Below are positions 26,331 through 39,518 of a stretch of DNA of 64,000 bases, one piece after another. The translations under genes were made by a program, and so were the position numbers. The notes beneath the pieces were generated by a model that did not search any database, was not told the DNA's origin, and was given only the letters and a program-made list of their open reading frames with translations. The stretch is from Laetmonice hystrix. Taxonomy: Eukaryota. The DNA lies in assembly GCA_965235115.1 (NCBI GenBank), contig OZ249441.1, forward strand, positions 31,372,001 to 31,436,000. Direction: 5' to 3'. Each line of letters starts with the position of its first letter. Position 1 is the first letter of the stretch.

Positions 26331-29300
26331 TTATACCAGTGCAGAGTCTGCCAAGTTAGCAGCTTGAAAGCTACCATTCCTTAAACATCAAACTGGCTTG
26401 GCTATCAACCAGCAAGGGAATGGTAAGAAAAAAATTACATACCCCGACAATATCTGGGATTTAATGTGGTACCAATGATTAAAAAATGCAATTTCGTGCT
26501 ATATTAACTAATCAGGCAGATGCGTTATTGGGACACATCGGCCCAGCTTGTGTCTAATTCGGTCTAGAACTACTTACTCGAATTAGGTTGGAATAATTAG
26601 TTCCTGTGAAGATGGTTCGTCATGTGTACAAAACATCCTGTAAGGTAGAGCTTTTTTATCAATATTTTAGCCCGTCCCTTCTCAGATGTCTTACGTTCAA
26701 TGAACAATTTTAATGGTTCCAAGAATGAAGTTTTATAACTAATGAACATGGATTGTTCCAGGGATCAGCCACGAACACTACTCCATGTGCATGTCGTTTA
26801 CGTTCACGAAGTTCAAAGGAGAGAAGACAGCTAATAAATATAAGGTTTGTATCCTGTTTCAAATGGACCCTTACCAATAACAACAGAGTATCAAACATGC
26901 ATGAATTTGAAACAAAACGTTATTACCCGGTATAACTTACTCCAATAGCCCTGCAGTGCGTCCTGCGTACATCGATTACAATTTGTTGCTTAATTAAAAA
27001 CATACAACTTATTCTCAGTGTATAACCTTTCCTCATTCTTCATTTTGGCAATAAAATGCTCCGGAACTCCCATATTGTCAATGCGTCTGCTCACATGGAT
27101 CACTGCACTTATGAATAATGTGCCAACTAGTCAAATGACGCCCTTGAAGGCTTGTTGTAGAGCGGTTGGTATTGCATTGGTGACCGATAGAAGAATGTCC
27201 TAAATTTGTAACCAAGGCAGATATGCTGTCTTCACGTCGTCCAGGAAACGGTATCCAGCCTCAACATTTATCCATGTGGAAGGCCGTAATTTTTACAGTA
27301 AAATTCAAGCGTCAGTGGAATTATTTATTTGATCTGACAGTGCTGAATATTTCCATCTCTGCTCGGTCCGCATCCGTGCACCTCCTACGATGTTGTAGGT
27401 GTAACGTGACGCATTAAGGTTCCAGGCTGCCCTTGTTGGGTGCCATTTGGCTGATGTCTGGGATGAGATAAGCCTCCGTCCCTGATGTCCCCCTGGACAC
27501 CGTCTCATCAGTGTCGGCCTTGGGATTTCCCTCTGCTGGGACACATACAGTTCCGGATTGCCCTTGATGCGAATCTAAGGTGATATTTCATTTCTTAGAC
27601 TGCAGTTGGAGGAGGCAAACAGGAATTGGCAGAACAGTTTCCATTTCAGTAGCTTAGCTATCGATAGTTTGGGCCAGAGCCTCACTAAACCAGAGAAGTA
27701 CAATTTTTATCCACGAAAATAATAGTTACCTCCTAAGTGCCTTTAAACTTTCCTCTTAAAAGTAAAGAGATGAGCACGTTAATCTTTAACCATTTCTCAA
27801 CTTGTGGCACTTCGTTCCTCTTTATTCATCGACTAAATGTACTATTTCGTTAAGTGTTGTACAAAGGCAATCTAAAGTACTATGAATATGACTTGGCGAT
27901 TTCACTGGATACAAATTCCTATTCATCTACGTATTGTTTCCCTGCCCGTTGGCTTCATACGTAGATGTGGACTGATCTGTTCTGGCTGTAAATATTAGAA
28001 AGGAATGCCTCTCAAAATGTCACCTGTCAAAGCCAAGCATTCTCCAAAAAGACCTATACCATTTCCTTATCCCCAGGAGGTTGATATCGTCAATCACACC
28101 CGACAATTTTACAATAACACTTAAAGTGTCCACTTAATGTTGATTCCTTTGTTTTACGCCTCCAAATCAAAAGCCCATGGGGTTCAGATTTATTAGTATA
28201 ATAAGTGATGAATGATGTAACGCGGTCAAGTGTTAAAGCACTTCTATAGTAGAACATTAAACATTTAAAAATAATTGATGTACGTTGTCCATTGGGGATA
28301 GCCATAATCTGTTCTGGTAATGTATTAATGTATCAATGCGGTCGAAATGCTATGTCCAAGGTAACTGGAGTTCTGCTCAGAGGGGTCGGTCTCTCCTGGC
28401 CGACGGGCCGGTCGGCCAGGGGCCGACTGTGGGGAGGGGGTACGCTGGCGGCAGTGCCTCATTATGATGGCGTTCTTCCATTGGGAGTCACACTCGGTGC
28501 TCCCTTGCCACTCCGAGTAATGACTAGAGCCAAGGAATGAGCAGCCCCCATCTCTCCCCCTCCAGCGGCCCCATCCATTATCCAAATGCACCAAGACCTT
28601 TTTGTAATTTCGCATGGATACAGTTTTCCACGTTTTATTTTCGATTTCAACGTTACGAAATTAACTGCAAATTGTTCCCATGGCTAATTGAGAAATGCCG
28701 ATCACTATAAACATCAAATGCGTTGTTCAGCAGCATGCATGAAAACGAAATCGGGCAAGGTTACGATCTTACCTGCTAGCGCCATCTGGTGTGTGAATGT
28801 CGAAACGCCGCAGTTGAGAGCTGTGCTGAAATTGCCTACACTATCACAACACAACACGGTCCACAATTTCTTAAGGGTTTTATTAGAAAAACGAAAAAAA
28901 ATCTGTGAGCGATCTTATTCATTCATTCATTCATTCATCCATCCATTCATATAAATGTATCGACCAGAAAGTGGTTATGGCGGGGGAGTAGTTGGGTGGC
29001 CAAGAATGATCATGTTTGGACTTTGCCTGCCACCTTTTGGAGCTATCCAGAACTATACAAAAGGTGGCAGGCATGTATGTATACAAGCAGTCGGTACCGT
29101 CAAACTGTCATCAGTGGGGATGGGAATCTTTCTGTACCTGCCTCTATAGACAGCGTTTATATAGAACATATAAACGCAACTACTTGAAATTCGCGAAAAC
29201 CACTGCGTGGTCAGGGATTTACTGTTAAAGATGCGATTTCTCGCGGTGACCATCAGTCATGATTACAATGATGTCAAAAGAATTAATTTTTAGAAATGTG

Positions 29301-30685
29301 AAGAAATGTGAAGCGTGGGTAACCTTCTGTGCACGTTATACAAAATCTGAAGATTACAAAACGCACCATTGATTTCATCGTGAGATCAAGTGTGTGAATA
29401 TAGGGGTAAAGCGTCACCATGGCAACAGTTATGGCAAATTCATGTCAGGCATGTGACAGTTGTCAAAGTCACAACGAGGACAACAGAGATTAAAATCAGT
29501 ATACAAAATTGGCAGGTTATGTGCCTGCATGACAAACGCGGTCAAACGGAATCCATGATCTGGCAAACCAAGCTCTTATAAAGCAAGACCATAATCTTAA
29601 GATATTATTGTTGGGCTGAATTCAGTCCGCAATGGTGCCTGGCAACTGACTTCTGAGAGATCTGGGCCAAAGAGATGTATGACGCGTCTAACAACGTTAT
29701 CTTATTCTTCATATGTTATGGACTTGTTCTCTCGAGACGACAGGACCAGCATGAATTCCATATTGATTCTGATCAAAATGCTATCAATCAGAAACAAAAT
29801 GGCATGGTAATACCAAATTATCTTTTAGTTTAAACCGCATTCGTCATGCATTCGTCTTGAAATGGTTTGTTTCAATGTTATTATCTAGAGATTGGTTTGA
29901 TTAGAAAGTTCGTCTATACGGGCAGCCTACGCAACAATTTGTAATCACGGCAAACGTTTTTAAACATAAAAACACTTATTGCGAGACAGTACATCGTGAC
30001 ATATTTTGAGTGCTGAAATGACAGACACAAACACAAAGACAGTTAGACACAGCTATCTAAATGCCAGGACTGCCATACAAAGAGACGTTTGTGTGTGGTG
30101 GGCAGGCAGTCAGATAGACAAAGAAGCACAGAGACACGGAAGGGGTGCGATTGGAGATGGAGTGATTTCATTGGATTCACTTCACATCTTGGCTACAAAA
30201 AGAAGCATGGTCCAATTCCCCATCCTCCTTCTAGTATTGCCTGCAGTAAGTCTTCTCTGGCTGGATAACCTCAAACAGGGACAGGGACCCCCCCCCCCCC
30301 CTCCCAAACCACCACCTACCGCCGCTTCCCAAGATGCCTGCCCCATGTAGCCTCAAGCCAGCACCAACTTAGCTAATCTACGCCATGGTACAGCCACTAC
30401 ACTGGCCCCTGCATTGATTATTCCTCAGGCATCTGGACAACCGCGCTTAGCTGTTTCGTTCCGCTACCCCCGAGGAACTAAATCTAAAGAACTCTCTACT
30501 AAACATACAACAGCCCTTGGATTAATTATCTTTAGAGGGGAAAAACTAAAGGCAGGCTAGAAGGAGAGCCCCGGAGAAGTTCGTGAGAAAGAATTGTTGG
30601 AGGCATACAGTGTGGGAAGGAAATAAACATTCATCACCCTCATTTGCTTTGCGAAAATGGACTTCCGATTTGGTGCATTCATCTA

Positions 30686-30699
30686 CCACTAGAGGGCAG
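30686..30699 (+). promoter_or_regulatory. CTCF consensus site candidate
   Basis: CCACTAGAGGGCAG is an exact match to CCASYAGRKGGCRS. Confidence 0.45.
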
Positions 30700-33600
30700 G
30701 CTCACCGGGATAAAGGTATGCACCAAATCACTTCCCAAATTAGCACCAACTAAATAAATTTTTGAAGTCTATAAACACCCAATTCGAAGCAACTATTGCT
30801 ATCATCTATAACGTTTAGATATGTTTTATAAAGTAATCTGATCTCTGTTTAGATTTAACTAACAGGTGTTGCCAGCAGTTAGATCTAAATCACACATTGA
30901 CCTAGGCGGATAATTGTAGATACTAGTATAGAAACAGAAAGAGAAGTGACTGGAAGGGGGACTTACTGATTCGCTTTGTAGTGGGGGCGGTTTGGCCCAG
31001 GCCTCCTGGACTATCTCCGGGGCTATGAGTGTTGGGACCTAAAACATAATAGTGCAGTCCTCCACTCACAAACGTGCTCAGAATAAAACGAAGTCATACA
31101 TAGTGGTTTACATATCAAGCAAAGTTTATGATCCATAGAGAATATTTCTGAGAGCTGTAGTTGAGATTAGCTGAGAGTACACAATCCTTACAGGCGACAC
31201 CAATTACAAGTACACCATGCATTCAATCTACTAGCATATTCTTTATGATCACAAATAACGTCTACATTGAATAATAATTTCAGAACGCATGAACAAATCA
31301 AAATGATTAGACAAAATTTTGGTCAGCTGAGTCGGGACTAGTTGTATATGCGACACAGGGCCACTATTAATTTTATAGCCAATTTGTAGAAACAAAGGGT
31401 TATTCGAATTTATTCGTCTTTCAAAAACCAAACACCCCCATCAAAAATTTTAATGCCTCAAACTGCAAGACTCTGACATTAGTTAAAGATGTCCGACGTA
31501 CTTACAGCGTCTTGTACTGAACATGTAAGCAATATTTACATGTCCAGAACAGCATTTACGGTATAACTTTTTAAAAACAGGTTTAACCTAAGATATATTT
31601 TTACAATTAATATCTCAAATACAATTTTACTCCAAAAACGGTCAAGTCAAGGCAGGTTTGGACTGTTGAAATTTTAAAATAGTCAGTAATACTGGTACTT
31701 AACATATCCCATGGAGCATTCTAGTGTGGCATAAGTCATAGACAAACTTTTTCGCTGACTAATTTAATGCAGCATAATGAAACAGTGCATATAACTGGAC
31801 AGTAAACACTTCCAGAGTCAATCATGCGGAGGTACAAATACAATGTACACAACACAAATGGCGTCAGGAATAATGTACATGTTTGTGTGGATGTATGTTC
31901 TATGTGCATAAGTACGTTACTATGTAAGGGTCACTGCACCAGACCTCAGGATGTTAAAATTAAATACATGTATTTAACTTCAAACGAGCGTTTTTATGAT
32001 AAAAGACAGATAGTAGCGTCAAGAACCACTATTAGCTGCTGTTTGCCTGTCCTTCTATGAGAGGGCACTAAGGAATGGATGGGTAATGCCGCTGTTCAAC
32101 TGTAAACAAACAATTCTCAACACCGCATGTTAATACACTAACACAAAAATAAACCCGATGGATATTCTTGATTCATGCAGGCCTGAAATCAATCCAAAAT
32201 GAAAAGTTTAACGAAAATTACCTGTAACCAAACAACATCTAATGAATTATATATAAAAAAGACTAAGACTTGAAGGATTGATAACCGATGTGAAAATTAA
32301 TTAAGCTCAAAGGTGAACCTGAGTATATCAGTGAAATATTATCTATTACTTGCCGGTCAATAACCTGCCGTCAAGACAGAACGGGGTAGGTCAAGTATAC
32401 CTGCTGCAACAGCACATTTTTATATACTACTTCAATTTTGTCATGTCTCCTGGCTTTACTTCTAAAAGGTCCCTGCCACAATATTTACAGTACTGTAGCC
32501 ACAGCAAATATTCTACTGCGCATTAAGTTTGTGAAGATCACCTCTGTTACGATCGGCATATTGAAAGTTAAAAGAAACACTGATGATTTCTTGGCCGGAC
32601 ACTGATCGCTGTCTGTCTTCTCGTACTGCTTAGATACCTCCATAGCAACCAGCAGGTGAGTGTTTATATGACAATTATAGAACCTACTCTAGAGTTTGGC
32701 AGTTCTTTCAAAATGACAAAATTTCTTCATAAGATTTATCTACAGAAAATATGGCTCTTCTAAAATTTTAGATAGCAATGACTGTCTAGAATGCTGACCT
32801 AGAGAAATCATTACGAATGTAGCAGAACAACATTATTTTAAGAAAACAACACATACGTGGAATTGAAAACTCTTGTAGATTCGGGATATAGTACATGGAC
32901 GTGTGTAGGTTGCTCGCATCTGTGACACTCACACCTATAGCTTTGTATGTGTAACTAGCACAGCCAGTCGTAGGGGTATGCACGAGGGTATATAGAAATT
33001 GTGAGGAGAATTAATACACACCACAAGTCGGGTGTCCTGCCATGTCTGCCAATGGTAATCACGATCCAAAGTTATGATTTTGTAGGAAATATTATGAAAG
33101 CATTACAGGTTTTAACAATCTACACCATCCATGTTATTTTATATAAAGCATGCATATTTGTGTGACTTTGTATATCTGGGCTGTTAAACAGATGGGTAAA
33201 GTTGTTTGTTTTTAGCTCGCAAAAGAGGATCTTTAGGTGGAAAACTCCTATTCCTACACATTAAGAATAAGAAACAAAGAGTCTGATTGTTGTTACAGAT
33301 ATACGAGGCACCTCAAGACCTCAAGAATATGGTTTTGTGAAAGGTTTTCGTACAATTTTCTTCTGATACCAGAGAGTTATTTCAGCAAACTATGATAGAA
33401 TATTATTCTCTGTTGGGTTGGGTATCAAGAGATGATACGCTATATTAATTGCCGTTTTAATATACCTCAAAGTAGTGATTCAAGTGTTTGTAGAACCGAT
33501 ATGCTAGTATAAAATCTCCCACCCAGGCAGCGTTCCCTGTATCATCTTCAAACAACCACCCGCCTCACAGTTACCTTGAGTATCCTTCCATGACAAAAGT

Positions 33601-34240
33601 CAATATGCGTACTGTGTGAATTTCAGTTTTAAAATTTGTCTAACTGTTAACAGTTGGGGGTCACATTTCGGCTTCACTTGGAGAAATCTGACTGTTTTCA
33701 AGTGAGAACTTTCATTGAAAACACGGTTATAATGTACAACATATAATATGTATTAACTTTTGCCACAGCATCATGGATTCCGAATTCTTCAATAATAAAT
33801 TAATGTGGGAATAAAACTGTGTTTAATGTCAGGAAAAGTTATCGGGACACAGCGCTACAAAATCTGTCAGGACACCATGCACACATACACTGGTTTAACA
33901 GCTGTCATTCTAACACAGTTAACACAGAAAAGCGCCGCATTTATTCCACAGAAAACAACCAATAGTCTTCAGCATACCTAACCTTACTGACGTTTAAGAT
34001 TTAAGCATATAATACGGAGACCTCAAATATTCTTCAAATCCTTTCCTGCTCTTGCGACCTAAACGAAAAGGCACGTGGCGATTGGGGCGAATTGGAGAAA
34101 AGTACGGAATTCAGCTATGGAGAACTGCCTTCAGTTAGAATAAATGTAAGGTCTCAAGTCGGTCAGACTGTACAAGTTTTAGTCGAGTCATCTAATGACC
34201 GACGATGTTCATAATACTTAAGGTTTACTTCTACTCTCAC

Positions 34241-34620
34241 CTAATCTTCATTACACAAAGGCCCTGAAAATATAACTTGGGTAATGATTTTTAAGATTAT
34301 GGCTGAAAATGTCCAGTCATACCTTTCTAATTTTTCCACGTTACACACAAAAAGTAAACCAAGGTCCCAGGTATTTTCTATATTAGTGATATAGCTGTGT
34401 TTTGTATCACAACTACCCAGTTCTACAATGATGGTTGTTAGGATTTCCTGCTGGACATTACACTGCTTCACCTCTGACTCCAGGGTACATATAGGACGGT
34501 TGTATAGAACACCCACAGGCAGTGAATACCATTACATACACCCTGGAAATTCTGCTGACGTGAACATAAAGAGAGTACGTGAAGCGACCAGAGAGTGCCG
34601 AGTATGAAGACAACCGCAGA
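34241..34620 (-). mobile_element. Decayed LINE apurinic endonuclease fragment
   Basis: VGVLYNRP resembles the APE motif VGV.YRPP. The surrounding frame is only partly open. Confidence 0.3.
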
Positions 34621-36262
34621 GTTTACTCACGGTGCCTGTATTCAATGAAGCTGACAGAGGTCTAGACCGGGTTGGTTGGCGTTCACGGCCAAGCCGTACT
34701 CGCCACCAGAGAACGACTCTCAATGGTTCGACTTCACACTGAACAGAATGTGGGCGGTCATCAACCCGAGCTGTCAAACATTCAGCTGATCGGTCGTCCT
34801 CTGACAGCCCCACCATCATCCTGTCCCCTCAACGCTTCTTACTTAGCACCCTCAAGCTATGTTGCCATGGTGATAATTGGCCTCATGATCCCGAACGGTG
34901 AGCAATTGACGGTGGGTCACACGTGGTCATGTCATGTTCTTCCTCCCGGGCGATGGAGGCCAAGCTTTTTATACTTTTATTTCGGCGATGACGGGAGGTG
35001 GACATTGATAGATGGAAGAGAAGAGAAACATGGCCGCTGTGGACGATGTCAGCTCGTTTCGATACATGACTGCCAGAAAGGAAAATTAGTGTCGGACAGG
35101 CGGGAAGGACGTATTCATCTTGTAGTTGAAGGAAGCCGAAAGCCATGCGCTGTGTGCCCACAATGACGCCGTCACAACCTTTAACCCTTTCAAATGTTGC
35201 CCGCAGATTGAACGACTCGGGCCTGACAAGCCTCAATTTCTGCCGGCCTAGTGGTCAGGGCAGTGAGAAGCCGCACTAACAATGAACCAGATCCTAGCAG
35301 ACATGGTCCTCTATCATGTAGACCTCCTCTCTATGTGGGAATCTATCCACGATCACATTATTATCAACGAATAAATTAGAAGTTTTGCCAAATACTGTTC
35401 TCTAGCCTCAAATGTAAACAGCCGGGATGGCCTACTGCTCATTTACAAACTATAGGCCTAACACATTAAATAGGAAATAGTTCGTACTCATATTTACTTT
35501 ATACGTTGAATAACTGATCAACCAGCATTTTTTCAACCGGACAATTAGCATATTGTGGGTTATTCGCGTTGCAATTATTTAAAGTCATGTTTTGGTAGGC
35601 CTACAAGTCCAAGTATTAGTTAGCCAGCTGTGACATACGGCTGAATATAGGCGGCGAATGTGAGGGCGAGCACTGCCCCCCAATAATTTTATTGGCGGGG
35701 GGGGCTCCCCCTAATAATCTTATTATGGAAAAAATAATTCTAGATTTTGTTATGACATATTATTAATTATTCCTAGATCTGTTTCTGTATCTGTATGATA
35801 TAGCCATGTTCCACTACCTCAAGCAAAATGCCCCCCCCCCTCCCAATGTTTTATCTGTCCCGCAGCCGCTGCGGCAGAGAAAGCAAGACATGGGTATTAC
35901 TACCGCTGATCGAACGACATTCGACTCGAGCTCCTGCTCAGTGAGCTGTGAACTGTTTCACCTAGATGGCGCCAGTGGTAGCGTCTTCCCGAGTCGTGTT
36001 TGTACTTTGTACACAGCTACATACAGGCCGAGGCGAGCGGACGGAGCGATCAATCGGCTACTCCCGGACCGCTCGTGGCCCAAAACGACATTGTCCGCCA
36101 GCCACGCCAGCCATGCTTGTATTAGTAATATTTTGGCGTTTGTTCGGTTATATTGTGCAAGTCTAGAAATGGTAGGGCCATACGGCAAGGAGATATACTT
36201 ACATATCAATTTAAATATGATATCGTTACCCATACAAATGGATCATTCTTATATTTTGTAAA

Positions 36263-36444
36263 GGTCGGGTACATCGCCCGTGATAACCTACGAAATTTGG
36301 TCGAAAGTAAAGATCCATAGCCCTGACCTTATCCCTAACCCCGGTCCCTACACCTCCCAAAAACATATCCCTAACCTTACCCCGTAACCACGCTCAAAAA
36401 TGTTGTGGGGGAAGTTACCATGGGGGAATAACCAAAGGTCGGCC
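36263..36444 (-). mobile_element. TTAGGG-rich non-autonomous DNA element, copy 1
   Basis: Reverse complement of 44758-44964, sharing GGGATATGTTTTTGGGAGGTGTAGGGAC and ATGGATCTTTACTTTC. Subterminal inverted CCATGATAAC/GTTATCATGG-type motifs. Confidence 0.8.
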
Positions 36445-36552
36445 CTGTATTTCTATTCAAGAACGAAACAGAGCAAAGTCCGTAGGTCCCCCTGGTGGGA
36501 GACTCGCTAACAAGAACAAGTAGTTCCGTGCATTCCCACTAGGTGTCTTCCC

Positions 36553-36612
36553 ACTTGACTGCAGTCTTTGCCTGTACTCCCGACTTGACTGCAGTCTTTG
36601 CCTGTACTCCCG
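36553..36612. repeat. 30-bp tandem duplication x2
   Basis: CTTGACTGCAGTCTTTGCCTGTACTCCCGA occurs twice. Confidence 0.9.
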
Positions 36613-37289
36613 AGTCAATCGACTATTTTGATCAAACCCAATGAGATTATAAGCCATCTAATAATTATGATGATTAGGTTTACAACCACAGAGAATTGAT
36701 GATAGTTTGGTAATATTCACTCAGCGTAATAAAATCTTATTAATAAATTCATTATAGGCTATATTTACTTCATGGTTCATTGTGTGAAAGAATAATGACA
36801 TCGTACCTATACTACACACGAACACACATTCATCGCCTCAGCAACAACCTTCCCACTTAGGAACCGGTTCTATCATTAGCCGGCAGGTGGCGCGGCATAC
36901 TTCTTTCACTTTCACAAAATGTGTCATATAGAAGAATTATATCAAAGCATTATTTTATGGCTTTATGAAACTATCGATCCATAAAAGATGTATACTTTGC
37001 TGGAGAGGTTGACGCCAAGAGAAATATTGTGTGCTGTGTGCCAAATATAGTTTGTTCTGCCTCTACTCTGCTCGACTACAGGGTAGGTCTCCCCAATATA
37101 CCGCCATCATCAGTGCTGACATCTGGGGGCGATTGGACAGACTACGAACATATCGCCATCCTCACGGCACCATGGTGGACACAGTACGTGGCGCTGGTTC
37201 GAAGCCAACCTCAGGCTACATTTTGACAAGGTGGCGACACTACAGCATGGCGATAGATTCACCCTTACACTAGTCGTGACTAAAATTCA

Positions 37290-37490
37290 GGATCCATCGT
37301 CTTCACATGATCTGGTTCTGGGCGACGGCCAGACACCACATGTCTATGCTATCAATGTCTAATCAAGCTTCATGATGTAACTTTGGAGTGGCATGTGGGA
37401 AGGGTTGTCAGTTATTTGCTGCAAGGAGATATTGGTTTTCCCCGGGATACTTCGATTTCCCCCACCAATCAAATGTATCCCTTGATCTAG
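37290..37490 (+). mobile_element. Older SINE copy, related core domain
   Basis: GCATGTGGGAAGGGTTGTCAG...GGTTTTCCCCGGGATACTTCGATTTCCCCCACC is a diverged version of the SINE core. Confidence 0.6.
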
Positions 37491-37699
37491 CTGAATCCTC
37501 TGATACACCACTCGCGGAAAGTTCCATTCCTTAGACCTTTTGACATCTAGCAATACTATAAAACTCCCGAAAGTTATTACCCCGAAATCTCCAGCAATCT
37601 GGCTTTACTTTCGGAATGTATCAAGACTACTTCCAAATGATATTCCATAATACCTTCATAATGTTACGCCAATTCTGCACTTGGCTGGCTTAATCATTA

Positions 37700-38160
37700 T
37701 CTCAAGCAACAACTAATTGCGAACTAATTTGCATCAAATTACCTGATCCAGCCGATTCCAGCTTCCAAAATAGTTGGAATATCGGTGTATTTATAATCCT
37801 TTCTTGGATAGGTTCCAATAAATCCTCATTATATCAAATGACACAGAATTTACCTGTTAATTTTTTCAAACTATTAACCTCACAAGAATCTGCAATTAAG
37901 AGAAGATACTGAAGGCAGCTGGATATAACAAGGTTAGCCCAGAGGTTTACCAGGAAGGCAGAGAGCTCTGTTGTTGAAGAAAATAAACCATTAATGGGAT
38001 AAAGGACGCTCATAGTCGATAGCGTAAAGGGCCTAGGCATTACGAATTCCTGTCCCCATAAACAAGCACGGATTGTTACGTTTTCCCTGTACATAAGTAA
38101 TGAGCAAAGGGCCATGGACCGTATCAACTGACTTATCAAACAGCAGTGAACAGACAGCAA
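37700..38160 (-). mobile_element. Decayed LINE endonuclease fragment
   Basis: VNLWANLV and CVI*YNEDLL resemble the APE motifs E.LW..L and IILGDFN.DLL. Confidence 0.3.
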
Positions 38161-38708
38161 TCAGAGTCAGCGTAAACGTAGCATTGTCTTTTATCCAGGT
38201 CTTTTATTCTTTTATGAAAGAAAATTGTCATCTGGTACTTTTCAATATTTTTCGGAATGGCTCCTTTTAAGATTTTGCTATTTGTCAGATTTCTCTTCTC
38301 TTCTCTTCTCTCGAATGCAAAAAAGCTTAGCCATTGTATTTGAGTTTTGCCGAACCAATCCTTTCTTTGCTATAAATGGATATTCGAGATAGAAAAATGG
38401 CGATCAATACCATCAACTTGTATCCAATGTATCAACAGCAATAACTCCTTAAAATTACCTTGTGCATTTTTTCACCCCCCCCCCCCCCCCCCACCCCCCA
38501 CCCCCGATGTTTTCATATAATTCTATACCCAGTATCAAAGAATAGCATTTTGCGGGAAACAGTCTGCACCAATTATATGACATATAAATCTAGATTTGAC
38601 AAAATCATATTCAAAAAGTGAAAAGAATAATAAAAAACAATAGCTCCACTACCATGCAGTCTTGCTCTCCAGTAAGATACAATCAGATAATATTGTGGCG
38701 CCACCTAC

Positions 38709-38959
38709 CTGGAGATAATGGAAATGGTGTTGGTGGTGGACTACTTTTTCCAGGACTCAACTGGTCCTCTCTGATAAATTCAAATGCTGCTGCGAATCCC
38801 TGCCGCTGTTTTTTCTCGTCCACTATGAACTCGATGTATAGGTTTTCCCCCGATGATACTATTTGCTCCCCATTTCTTGTGTTGCAATATAATGCTATCA
38901 CCCCCGAGTTGGCGTCCATTCCATCCCGTACTACTATGAAGTCAGGACTATCAGAACAG
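38709..38959 (-). CDS. Internal coding exon (251 nt), second half of a CUB domain, SOL-1 (suppressor of lurcher)-like protein
   Basis: Acceptor ttccttgtgtatgtttcag| and donor CCAG|gtaggt. Phase 2 start matches the upstream exon. Translation (S)CSDSPDFIVVRDGMDANSGVIALYCNTRNGEQIVSSGENLYIEFIVDEKKQRQGFAAAFEF...PTPFPLSP has CUB hallmarks (C..D.I.V.DG, YC, S.G..L.I.F, GF.A.F.F). The SOL-1 assignment is from remembered similarity, not a search. Confidence 0.9.
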
Positions 38960-39213
38960 CTGAAACATACACAAGGAACTTGAACTAACGTTGGAATGTA
39001 AAGTTACATACGTTCTTATTAAAATAAAGAGTTATTTATGAATAACCTTAACATGGTTATTAACAAGGAAGTCAAATGTGATTTACAAATGTCTGCCAGT
39101 TATCTTTGCAATGCTGTTCGGAGCAAGTTACGAATAAGTTAAAATAGTTCCAGTAGAAATGCAAACACGAGATAGAAGTTCGAATATTCTAGATTAATAA
39201 TGCACAAACTTAC

Positions 39214-39430
39214 CTGCCATCTATTGTTTCCAGTTGTATGTTCTGAAATGTTACTTTTACCCGCTCTTCTCTCATTCCATAGAAGACGTATAAACAGTTC
39301 GCCCCCGGAGGGTAATTTTGTGGATATCGAGGTGAGAAAAAACGCCCCTCTTTGGAGACTTTATTGCTGTAAAAATCATATGTACAATCTGTCCCCCAAC
39401 GTTTGTTTCCACCCTCTATTTTGAATTGAC
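39214..39430 (-). CDS. Internal coding exon (217 nt), first half of the same CUB domain, SOL-1-like protein
   Basis: Acceptor tttcttctcttgtctttacag| and donor GGCAG|gtaagt. Translation (G)QFKIEGGNKRWGTDCTYDFYSNKVSKEGRFFSPRYPQNYPPGANCLYVFYGMREERVKVTFQNIQLETIDG has the CUB signature C...G.F.SP.YP.NYP...C.Y.F....ERV.V.F. It joins exon 38959 in frame. Confidence 0.92.
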
Positions 39431-39504
39431 CTGTAAAGACAAGAGAAGAAACATAGATGTATTTTATTGTCACTTATGTATGGTGTACCACTATGATATA
39501 TTAC

Positions 39505-39518
39505 CTTTGTCTGGAACA
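39505..39518 (-). CDS. Candidate 14-nt micro-exon of the CUB gene (xxT-V-P-D-K-G)
   Basis: Sequence gatgtctttcttacag|TGTTCCAGACAAAG|gtaata gives a strong acceptor and donor. A 74-nt intron leads to exon 39430, and the phase-1 end matches the start of that exon. Confidence 0.55.

Noticed and set aside
27020-27300. RTE-like RT motifs on the minus strand (WINVEAG; MGVPEHFI)
   Set aside because: The motifs occur in the wrong order for an RTE ORF, so they cannot be supported without a search.
30208-30250. Signal-peptide-like first exon on the plus strand (MVQFPILLLVLPA|gtaagt), or a terminal exon of the CUB gene on the minus strand
   Set aside because: No supporting downstream plus-strand exons were found. 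The minus-strand acceptor is only moderate and the peptide is uninformative.
32560-32662. Plus-strand hydrophobic segment ending CAG|gtgagt
   Set aside because: There is an in-frame stop just upstream and no ATG or good acceptor.
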